Assembly: GCA_050287845.1 (NCBI GenBank) | Contig: JBNKCR010000090.1 | Coordinates: 1-24,190 of the forward strand | DNA from: Polyangia bacterium | Lineage (GTDB): Bacteria > Myxococcota_A > Polyangia > JAAYKL01 | Length of the DNA: 24,190 nt | Direction of reading: 5' to 3' | Shown here: one piece after another, positions 16,826 to 24,190 of the stretch | Numbering within the stretch: position 1 is the stretch's first letter | Layout: every line of letters starts with the position of its first letter | Made by a program: the position numbers and the translations under genes | Notes under the pieces: model-generated | The model's input: the letters and a program-made list of their open reading frames with translations, nothing else | Databases searched by the model: none | Told to the model about the DNA's origin: nothing

Positions 16826-18235
16826 TTATTCGTCCGCGATGAGTCCCTCCAGACGGGAGCGCAGCTGTCTCACGGTGTTGCGCACATCTGTCAGCGCATA
16901 ATCGAAAGTGGTGTACTCGGTGGGGGTTTCTTTGGCCCGGGCGTATTGGCCGATAAGCGCTTCATGGGCATCGATTTTTGCCAATATGGTTTCCTCTGCA
17001 AACGGACCATCCAACAGTTCCCGTGCGGCAGCCCGCCATGGGCCAAGGTCGGTTTTCAGCGCCCGGAAAACGGGGTTGCATCCCGGTGCCGTGGCCAGAT
17101 TGCCCCAATAGGGATACGTGGTGCTGCAATCATCGGGCAGATCCAGCCAGTGGGGCGTGGCATGGTCGGGATTGATCCAGAAGCTGGACTCCACATCCCA
17201 GGGAACCAGGGTGAAGTGTTCTGTGGAATCTTCGTAGAAATAATAATTGTGATTGTGGCTCCAGCTGCCATCGTCGGTGAAAAAATAGGTGATGCCATCG
17301 TAGCTCAGAATGGCTTCGTCCACGGCCATGTATCGGGCCCACTGGTTGAGGTCCGTGTACTGGCCAAGAACCTGGAGAACGGCTTCGTCGGTTTCAGCGT
17401 CAGTCATCGCTTCGGAGAATTTCATGAATCCGCTCACCTCGGGGGTATCCTCATTGGTTCTCAACGCCGCAACAATATCGTCCTCGTCGGTGTCGGTAGG
17501 CCACAGCTCTTTGAAAAGGTTGCCATCCGGGTACGCCGGCCATCGGCTTTCAGTGAAGCGGCCATCCAGTTCCTCCACCATGCCATACAGTCCATACGAC
17601 TTTCCGTTGACCCGAACCACCGCCCAGGATGCGCGGGGGGCGATGACATCCATGGATCGATACAGGTCGTAGGCGAGTTTTTCCCGCATTCGACTGTCGT
17701 CGTAGCGATTGGCGTTGAAGTTGAGGCGCTTCAACCCAAAAAATCGCAAATCTTCGTCGTACTTGCTGAACTTCAGCTTCAGACTCAGACGGGGGCAGGT
17801 CAATTTTCCAGCTTCGTCAAAACAGGAGTACAGGGTACCATACGAACCCTTGAAACGGATGCCGATGCTGCCGATGCGCTTGCCGTCATAACACACCTCC
17901 GCCTGTTCCCATTCCTCGTCCATCGCGTGGGCAGTGAGGTCTTCCCATTTGTCTTCAGGCAGATAAATATCAAACGTGGGCACATGATTGCTATTGAACA
18001 AGTCGTCCGCGTCCCCCTTGGGCAAAGTGGTATCCACCTCACACATCGAATCCAATGTATCGGTATCATCGGAATCGGCATCGGAATCGGAATCGATGTC
18101 GCTGTCCGTGTCGGTATCGGAATCCGTATCATTCTCAGCGACGTTGGGTTCGTCCCGGGTGCAGCCACCACTCAGTGTTCCGCTGAGAACCATTGCCCAT
18201 ATAAAGAGTATTTGTATCGAATTTACGTTTGGCAT
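16826..18235 (-). CDS. CotH kinase family protein, probable lipoprotein with D/T-rich linker
   Basis: GIRFKGSYG, LKLKFSKY, GLKRLNFNA, MREKLAYDLY, YGLYGMVEE, HNYYFY and PWDVESSF match CotH family motifs. Signal peptide ends LSGGC; purine-rich RBS upstream. Confidence 0.88.
   Translation of the reverse strand: MPNVNSIQILFIWAMVLSGTLSGGCTRDEPNVAENDTDSDTDTDSDIDSDSDADSDDTDTLDSMCEVDTTLPKGDADDLFNSNHVPTFDIYLPEDKWEDLTAHAMDEEWEQAEVCYDGKRIGSIGIRFKGSYGTLYSCFDEAGKLTCPRLSLKLKFSKYDEDLRFFGLKRLNFNANRYDDSRMREKLAYDLYRSMDVIAPRASWAVVRVNGKSYGLYGMVEELDGRFTESRWPAYPDGNLFKELWPTDTDEDDIVAALRTNEDTPEVSGFMKFSEAMTDAETDEAVLQVLGQYTDLNQWARYMAVDEAILSYDGITYFFTDDGSWSHNHNYYFYEDSTEHFTLVPWDVESSFWINPDHATPHWLDLPDDCSTTYPYWGNLATAPGCNPVFRALKTDLGPWRAAARELLDGPFAEETILAKIDAHEALIGQYARAKETPTEYTTFDYALTDVRNTVRQLRSRLEGLIADE
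18056..18130 (-). repeat. Coding Asp-Thr/Ser repeat linker in the CotH protein
   Basis: Encodes DTDSDTDTDSDIDSDSDADSDDTDT. Confidence 0.9.
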
Positions 18236-18311
18236 CTGCTCTCCCTTCCGCTTCGAATGTCGGTTGAATATCGCCCCCCCAGATAAAGTGAGAACATGCC
18301 GAAAAAATGGC

Positions 18312-20261
18312 TCAGGGAGAGATGGGGCGAATCAGGACCCGACCGCCTGCGTTGGCGAGTTTTTTCCGGGTGGACTGTACGAACAGGTTCTGGGTGAACT
18401 GGCCTTTGCCGCTGGCGGTGGGCTCGAAGGTTGTCTCAACAACCACTTTATCACCGGCCTGTACCCGGACGAAAGGAACAAAGACAAAACGCATCTGGAA
18501 AAAGGCGGTGTGCCATGGGGCATTGGCGTTCATCTCGGGCCACATGACGGCAAGGTGGCGTTTGTTGTCGTCCATGTATCTGGATGCGGTTTCTCTGAGC
18601 AGGCGCACACTGGCATCGGCGGTGAGTTCGCCCAGTGGAGAAATATCTTCTGCGGCGATGGTCCCCTCGTCGGTTCGGGGTTCCAGGTCGCCGGTGGGAG
18701 CCGGTGGGTCCATGGATTTCTGATGCACACGGAAAGGGGGCCTTGGGGCAACATCAAAGAGAATGTCTTCTTTATGCCATTTGTGCCTGGACAACACCTG
18801 CTGGGCGGCCACCCGGCCATTGACCACACTGCCCATGTAGCCACCGCCGCCGCCCCGGGACCATGCGCCGGTGAAATAGAGCCCCGGAAAAATGGATGCC
18901 ACACTGAACCGCCAGTTATCTGCCTGCTCGGGCGTCTGGGCGAAACCGTAGACGGCGCCATAGGGATTGCGACTGTAGCGTTCCATGCTTCTGGGGGTGC
19001 CCAGCTCGGCCACTTCGATATGGCGGGACAGGTCGGGGTAGCGCCTGCTCACCTTGTTCATGATGATGTCGGTAACTTCCCGTTTCTTCTGGGCGTACTG
19101 TTCTCTCGAGATTTCGGTCCACGGTTTGCCGGGGGCTACTTCGAGTATCTGTACAATCCCTTTGCCACTGGGGTGGCTGCCGCCGGCATCGTCGGTGTAG
19201 TCACTGACAATGTAGTCGGTATCGTGATATTCTTCCCGGAGAGCCGCTTCGTATGCACGCAGGTTGCTGTAGTCAAAGTTGATGAATGTGGTGTGGTCCG
19301 GCACACCGGCGTCCCGGCCCGGGCAGTCGAGTCCCAGATACAGCGTGAGAAGGGAGCACGAGTGTTCGTAGGTGCCCAGTTTGTAGATAAACGGTTTGGC
19401 CAGGTGTTCCCGGCCCACCAGGGACAGGTAGGTCTGGATGGGATTGGCGTTGGCCACCACCACGGGAGCGAATATCTGTTCGCCGGTTTCCAGCTGAACG
19501 CCGGTGACCTTGCGGTCCTGAAGCAGCACTTTTTCAACCAGACTGGCGGTCCGAATGGTTCCCCCGCCTTCGCACAGGGTCTGCGCCATGGCGTTTGAAA
19601 TGGCCTGTCCGCCGCCTTTTACATAATAGTTGCCGGTGAGTAGAAACGAACCAAACACTTCAGAAGCCCAGTTGGCGGCGCAGCGTTCGTTGGGCAGCCC
19701 GGTGGATTGCCACAGCTGTCCCATCAGACCAAAGAGCCGTCTATCTTTAAAGCAATCCTGAAGCAGGTCGTGGTACGTGCGTTTGAAGTATCGCTCTGGA
19801 AAAAAGTGGTTGATGTCCACTTCGCCGGTCCAGAAAAGACGGGTATTGGCTTCGATGATGGCGGACATGGTGTCAAAGAATCGATCGACACCGGCCTTCT
19901 CCGCTGGAAATTGATCCTTGAGGTATGCCCGACCTTCTTCCCGGGCGGGCAGTCGATACGTGGCATCGGGAAATACCGACGTGAACATGGGCGTGTATTC
20001 GGTAACTTCCAGTTTGTCGAGCACCTGCAGATACTTGAAAAGCTGGTGCAGACCGCCGTCTTCATTCATGGCGCTCAGCACGTGAAGCGACACATCGAAA
20101 TCAAACCCGGACCGCAGATAATTCTGTGCATATCCCCCCACTTTGGGTTGCTTTTCGAGCACCAGCACGTTCATTGATTTTTTGGCCAGATGCAGCGCCG
20201 CACTCAGCCCGCCGAGACCCGCGCCGATGACAATGGCGTCATATTGATTGGTGTTGCTCAT
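18312..20261 (-). CDS. FAD-dependent oxidoreductase of the phytoene desaturase/retinol saturase (COG1233-like) family with an extra C-terminal hotdog-like domain
   Basis: N-terminal YDAIVIGAGLGGL...VLEK..KVGGY and FDVSLH; GGGQAISNAM; GTPRSMERYSRNPYGAVYG; GLYFTGAW. ATG 20261 follows AGGA, 8 nt after the upstream stop, and is preferred over the track start at 20363. Confidence 0.88.
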   Translation of the reverse strand: MSNTNQYDAIVIGAGLGGLSAALHLAKKSMNVLVLEKQPKVGGYAQNYLRSGFDFDVSLHVLSAMNEDGGLHQLFKYLQVLDKLEVTEYTPMFTSVFPDATYRLPAREEGRAYLKDQFPAEKAGVDRFFDTMSAIIEANTRLFWTGEVDINHFFPERYFKRTYHDLLQDCFKDRRLFGLMGQLWQSTGLPNERCAANWASEVFGSFLLTGNYYVKGGGQAISNAMAQTLCEGGGTIRTASLVEKVLLQDRKVTGVQLETGEQIFAPVVVANANPIQTYLSLVGREHLAKPFIYKLGTYEHSCSLLTLYLGLDCPGRDAGVPDHTTFINFDYSNLRAYEAALREEYHDTDYIVSDYTDDAGGSHPSGKGIVQILEVAPGKPWTEISREQYAQKKREVTDIIMNKVSRRYPDLSRHIEVAELGTPRSMERYSRNPYGAVYGFAQTPEQADNWRFSVASIFPGLYFTGAWSRGGGGGYMGSVVNGRVAAQQVLSRHKWHKEDILFDVAPRPPFRVHQKSMDPPAPTGDLEPRTDEGTIAAEDISPLGELTADASVRLLRETASRYMDDNKRHLAVMWPEMNANAPWHTAFFQMRFVFVPFVRVQAGDKVVVETTFEPTASGKGQFTQNLFVQSTRKKLANAGGRVLIRPISP

Positions 20262-20269
20262 GGTTCGTC

Positions 20270-21616
20270 CTATGCCGCCAGAAATTGATCCCGGCCCACA
20301 TTGCACACCGGGCAAACACCGGGAGGCACGTCGCCTTCGTGGGTGTAGCCACAAACGTTGCATACCCAGCCGGGTTTCATGTATCCGGCGTCTTCGGCGG
20401 GCAACGAGAGGGCGGTGATGGCGTCTGAGACCGATTTTTCATTGAACTCTGCAACCGGAAGGGAGGTGCCGTTCCGGAACATTTTTTCGACGGTGTGGTA
20501 TCCTTTCACATCACCGAAAAATGTCACATGACACAACTTTCCGTCCCGGGTGAGGTGCAGCTGTTTTTGGCCATTGGGCAGGATTTCCCGGTACCCGGTG
20601 GCATCCTCCGGAATGGCGTGGGGATCTCCCATCGTAAAAAGGCTGATGCGGTTGCTTTTCAGATGGATGGGCCACAGGGTGTGCTCAAATGAACGATTTT
20701 CAGCGAATGCATTTTCACCGGCGATTCCTCCCTGTCGTCTGGCCGGGTTCCACAGAAGTGCACTCCCCCGGGGGGGCTCGATGCAATTGCCGCAGGCCAG
20801 AATATGAGGAACACTGGTGGCCATCCGGTCATTCACAAGGATGCCGTTCTGTACATCGATTCCGGCGGCTTTGGCCAGTTCGATGTTGGGGCGAACCCCG
20901 GTGGAAACCACTACCGCGTCACAGGAGATGGTTGCGCGGTTGGCACACTGAATATGGAGAACGCCGTTTTTGCGTTGAATTCCGGTCACCAGTTCCCGGG
21001 TACTGACGGCAATGCCGTCCTGTTCCAGTTTTGTCTGAAGGGCCCGGGAAATATCTCCCGGCAGATGGTGTTCCATCAGGCTGTTCGCGGCTTCAATGAG
21101 ATGAACGGTCTTTCCGGTGTCGCGAATATCCATCGCCGCTTCCACGCCGAGAACCCCACCACCGATGACCGCGACCCGGTTGCCACTTTGCAGCCGGGAT
21201 GCCAGCTTTCTGGCATCATTCATGGTCCACAGACAATGAACGCCGTCGGTATTCACTCCCGAAATGGGTGGCATCAGTGGCGTCGCCCCAGTGGCCAGAA
21301 TGAGCCGGTCGTAGGTCAATACCGAACCATCGGCGAGCTGCACGTTCTGATTGCGGACATCGATATGGGTGACGTCACCTCCGAATCGGGTGTGGATGCG
21401 TTCGGCTTCAAGCAGCGGCGTCCCCAGGGTGAACAGCTCCGCTTCCACCCTTTTTTGCACCGCCAGCGCACCAACGGCGATGCGATTGTAAAACCCGTCG
21501 GGTTCGGATGAAATAACCGTGATGTCCACCAGCGGATATCTCCGTCTCGCAGAGAAAGCAGCACTGATTCCGGCAATGCCACTGCCAATAATGATAAGTT
21601 TTCCTTTAATCGTCAT
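20270..21616 (-). CDS. FAD/NAD(P)H-dependent oxidoreductase (NADH:rubredoxin reductase/NirB-N-like) fused to a C-terminal rubredoxin-like domain
   Basis: IIIGSGIAG, YDRLILATGA, VAVIGGGVLGVE, STGVRPN and GILVNDRMATS; C-terminal WVCNVCGY...PGVCPVC (CxxC...CxxC). Start placed at ATG 21616 (MTIKGK). Confidence 0.9.
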   Translation of the reverse strand: MTIKGKLIIIGSGIAGISAAFSARRRYPLVDITVISSEPDGFYNRIAVGALAVQKRVEAELFTLGTPLLEAERIHTRFGGDVTHIDVRNQNVQLADGSVLTYDRLILATGATPLMPPISGVNTDGVHCLWTMNDARKLASRLQSGNRVAVIGGGVLGVEAAMDIRDTGKTVHLIEAANSLMEHHLPGDISRALQTKLEQDGIAVSTRELVTGIQRKNGVLHIQCANRATISCDAVVVSTGVRPNIELAKAAGIDVQNGILVNDRMATSVPHILACGNCIEPPRGSALLWNPARRQGGIAGENAFAENRSFEHTLWPIHLKSNRISLFTMGDPHAIPEDATGYREILPNGQKQLHLTRDGKLCHVTFFGDVKGYHTVEKMFRNGTSLPVAEFNEKSVSDAITALSLPAEDAGYMKPGWVCNVCGYTHEGDVPPGVCPVCNVGRDQFLAA

Positions 21617-21694
21617 TTTATCCGTCTGTTTCCGGAAGCGCACTGAACTACGGTTGCGCAATTGGGGCACTTTACGGTTTTCTGCGCCTGTTTG

Positions 21695-22372
21695 TCAATT
21701 GATGACAATCCCCATTCTTTCGAAGGGTTCCAGAAGATCTGTGGGAATTGGGGCGTTGATGGTGATGGTCTGTGCCGTGACCGGATGTTGAAAAGTGATG
21801 GCCCGGGCATGCAATGCAAGGCGATTCAGACCGTATCGTTCTTTGAAAGCACGGTTCAACGCGCCCTTGCCATAGTTGCTGTCTCCGATGATGGGATGAC
21901 TGATGTGCTTGAGATGTCTGCGAATCTGATGAAACCGTCCGGTTCCTGGATATGCATGAACCAGTGAAACTTTCCTTGGCTCGGTGTTGAAAGCGCCCAG
22001 TCGCACAAATTCCGTTTGAGCGGGTACCCGGTCTCCCCCTTCATTCTTCGGCACCGGGGAATCGATGATCCCCTTTTCGGGACAGGCGCCCCGCACCAGT
22101 GCCAGATAGGTTTTGCAAATCTGACCGGTGTTGAACTGCGGTTGCATTGTTCGGGCAATATCGCTCTTTTGAGCAAACAGCAGGACACCGCTCGTCTGTC
22201 GGTCCAGCCGGTGCAGGGGATGTACGGTCTCCCGGTGAAGATACGCCTTCAATTTGTCCACAATCACCAGGGCGTCGCTGGCCAGACCGCGATGGACCAC
22301 CCACCATGCCGGCTTGTTGATGGCCAGCAGGTCATCGTCTTCAAACAGAATTTCAAACGGGGCCGTACTCAC
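21695..22372 (-). CDS. truC: RluA-family pseudouridine synthase, TruC-like
   Basis: INKPAWWVVHR, HRLDRQTSGVLLFA (catalytic Asp), KTYLALVRG, GRFHQIRRHL..HPIIGD and LHA; no S4 domain. GTG start at 22372 overlaps the upstream TGA (GTGA). The subfamily assignment is by resemblance only. Confidence 0.8.
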   Translation of the reverse strand: MSTAPFEILFEDDDLLAINKPAWWVVHRGLASDALVIVDKLKAYLHRETVHPLHRLDRQTSGVLLFAQKSDIARTMQPQFNTGQICKTYLALVRGACPEKGIIDSPVPKNEGGDRVPAQTEFVRLGAFNTEPRKVSLVHAYPGTGRFHQIRRHLKHISHPIIGDSNYGKGALNRAFKERYGLNRLALHARAITFQHPVTAQTITINAPIPTDLLEPFERMGIVIN

Positions 22373-23955
22373 AGATGGCCCATAATCTGCACACTGATAA
22401 TCAGCGAGACCATGGCGATGGGATAGACCGTGGCATATGCGATATGGGGTTCGTTGGTTCGGGTCATACTGTCGGCGGCGGCCAGTCCCGGCGAGCTGGT
22501 CATGGCGCCGGTCAATGCGCCGAGCAGGGTAATCAGATTGAGATCGAAAAACAATCTGGACACGAATACCACCAGCATCATGGGCAGCAGCGTGATCGTC
22601 GCCCCAATCAGAAACAGCTTGAACCCGTATTGGTGCCAGGTCTCCACAATGTTTGCCCCGGCCTGGGTGCCTACCGCGGAGAGAAAGAAGAGCAGACCGA
22701 TAATCCGGAGCAGATTGTTGGCCGCACCGGACATGGTCCACACGATAGGCCCCGTTTTTCCAAGCTTTCCGAGCACAATTGCCGTGAGCAGCACGCCGCC
22801 GGTGAGTCCGAACTGAAACGAAACATCGTCGGTAATGGAAAATCGAATCTGGCCGGCCAGAAAGCCAATGACGATGCCCAGGGCAATGGGCAGAAAGTCG
22901 GTGTCTGACAGACGTTTATCGTCATTGCCAAGGAGTCGAATCACCTCGGTCATATGATTTTTATCGCATGCGATCATCAGCTTGTCCCCCAATTGCAAAC
23001 GAACTCGCGGGGATGGGGAGATGAGGATACTGCTTCGTTTGATACGCGTGATGGTGGCGTTGTATCTGGCGAACAGTTGCAACTCCGCCATGGTTTTCCC
23101 CACAACTTCGCGGTTACTCACCAGCACAGACAGCACCTGGTAGCTGGTGCCCAGGGGAATTTCCGTATCGGTTTCGTCGCCAATCAGCACCTTCACTTTT
23201 TCGTGGGCTTCGGCAGTGCCCACGGCTTTCACAATATTGCCCGGCGACAAGGTGGTGTCCACCGCGGGTGTGAAGGTCTCTGTGCCCTGCTGCACCCGGG
23301 AAATGGTGGCCCCGGTCATCTCCTGAATATTCAGTGCCCCGAGGGGTTTGCCGGTGACATGACTGTTCCGGACCACATAGTGGCTGGGGTAAATCTCGGG
23401 ATGGGTGGATTGCTGTCGTTTTTCCAGGCTTGCTTCGGCGTCTGAAATTTTCGATTTGAGCAGCATGGGGAGCAATTTGACAAACAGGATCACCCCGAGG
23501 ACACCGAATGGATATGCCACGCCGTATCCAATGGAAGGCAATGACGACTTTGTGGTGTCAATGGCCACAGCCAGCCCCGGGGTGCTGGTCAATGCGCCGG
23601 TAAACAGACCGGTGGCTACCGGCATTTCCAGATCAAACAGTTTGGCCGCCACCACCGTCAGTACCGCCGCCGAAGCGATGAGCAGCACGGCAAGGAGACT
23701 GAGTTGCTTGCCGCTTTCCTTGAATGATGCAAAAAATCCCGGTCCTGCCCCGATGCCCACGGTGAACACAAACAGCAACAGGCCGATGAATTGAATATCC
23801 CTTGGCACAGTGAATCCGAAATGGCCAAAAAGAAGGGCAACAAAAATTACAGCCGATATATCAAGGGAAATGCCCCGGATTCGAATCCGTCCCAGCATGA
23901 ATCCCAGGGCGATAATAACAAACAGAATCAGATAACTTTGGGTGAATGCTTCCAT
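22369..23955 (-). CDS. AspT/YidE/YbjL-family antiporter with two TrkA-C domains
   Basis: Two hydrophobic repeats (LFVFTVGIGAGPGFF...GALTSTPGL...YGVAYPFG and GLLFFLSAVG...GAMTSSPGL...YATVYP) flank two soluble TrkA-C-like domains. Confidence 0.92.
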   Translation of the reverse strand: MEAFTQSYLILFVIIALGFMLGRIRIRGISLDISAVIFVALLFGHFGFTVPRDIQFIGLLLFVFTVGIGAGPGFFASFKESGKQLSLLAVLLIASAAVLTVVAAKLFDLEMPVATGLFTGALTSTPGLAVAIDTTKSSLPSIGYGVAYPFGVLGVILFVKLLPMLLKSKISDAEASLEKRQQSTHPEIYPSHYVVRNSHVTGKPLGALNIQEMTGATISRVQQGTETFTPAVDTTLSPGNIVKAVGTAEAHEKVKVLIGDETDTEIPLGTSYQVLSVLVSNREVVGKTMAELQLFARYNATITRIKRSSILISPSPRVRLQLGDKLMIACDKNHMTEVIRLLGNDDKRLSDTDFLPIALGIVIGFLAGQIRFSITDDVSFQFGLTGGVLLTAIVLGKLGKTGPIVWTMSGAANNLLRIIGLLFFLSAVGTQAGANIVETWHQYGFKLFLIGATITLLPMMLVVFVSRLFFDLNLITLLGALTGAMTSSPGLAAADSMTRTNEPHIAYATVYPIAMVSLIISVQIMGHL

Positions 23956-24046
23956 AGCCCGGTTATCGTAGCAAACAATCAGGCTGTCAATCTGCCGAAA
24001 TAATACAGAGGTAAATGTGTCCCGGATATTGATTGAATTCGCGAAC

Positions 24047-24190
24047 GAGCTATTCGAGGTGTTCTGAATCGTTGTGTTTAAGCGGTTTCTAAAAGCTGTG
24101 CAAAAAGAATTACCCCGGTATTTGTGCAGTAAAGCGACAATTTGAGGGAAAAGTGGCGAAGATACAGGAAAAATACCCCAGCTCAGTCAG
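24047..24190 (-). repeat. 144-bp repeat, copy 2 (inverted; runs to the window edge, so the outer boundary is unknown)
   Basis: The reverse complement matches 143-286 at 141/144 positions. Confidence 0.97.

Noticed and set aside
16784..19598. 500-aa and 536-aa plus-strand ORFs (16784-18286, 17988-19598)
   Set aside because: Both lie antisense to the CotH and oxidoreductase genes, which carry clear family motifs; the translations look like shadow ORFs.
22373..22741. N-terminal 123 aa of the 348-aa track ORF 21695-22741
   Set aside because: This part overlaps the transporter in another frame; similarity to pseudouridine synthases begins at the GTG at 22372.
24041..24050. GTTC next to the inner end of repeat copy 2 (minus strand), suggesting an IS91-type target or integron attC site
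   Set aside because: Copy 1 is followed by CGAA instead, no RYYYAAC/GTTRRRY pair bounds the repeat, and no Y2 transposase or integrase is present.

Overview
Bacterial genomic DNA of moderate GC. The D/T-repeat lipoproteins suggest a Myxococcota/deltaproteobacterial source, but this is inference only. In order, the window holds: the 3' end of a small GIY-YIG nuclease gene overlapping a REP-like hairpin; a small membrane-protein ORF; a sensor diguanylate cyclase convergent with a PilZ protein; an unannotated chemoreceptor (MCP) remnant; a D/T-tethered lipoprotein esterase with a 6-Cys mini-domain; a hybrid sensor kinase; and a ~2,960-aa lipoprotein subtilase with 16 FN3-like repeats, five of them interrupted by an F5/8C (discoidin) domain. 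A minus-strand run follows, in transcription order: AspT/YidE transporter, TruC-like pseudouridine synthase, NAD(P)H oxidoreductase-rubredoxin fusion, CrtI/RetSat-like oxidoreductase with a hotdog-like C-terminal domain, and a CotH kinase lipoprotein. The most striking non-coding feature is a 144-bp inverted repeat (143-286 and 24047-24190, 141/144 identical) that brackets almost the whole window, with no transposase or recombinase recognised between the copies. All protein family calls are made by eye from motifs; no searches were run.
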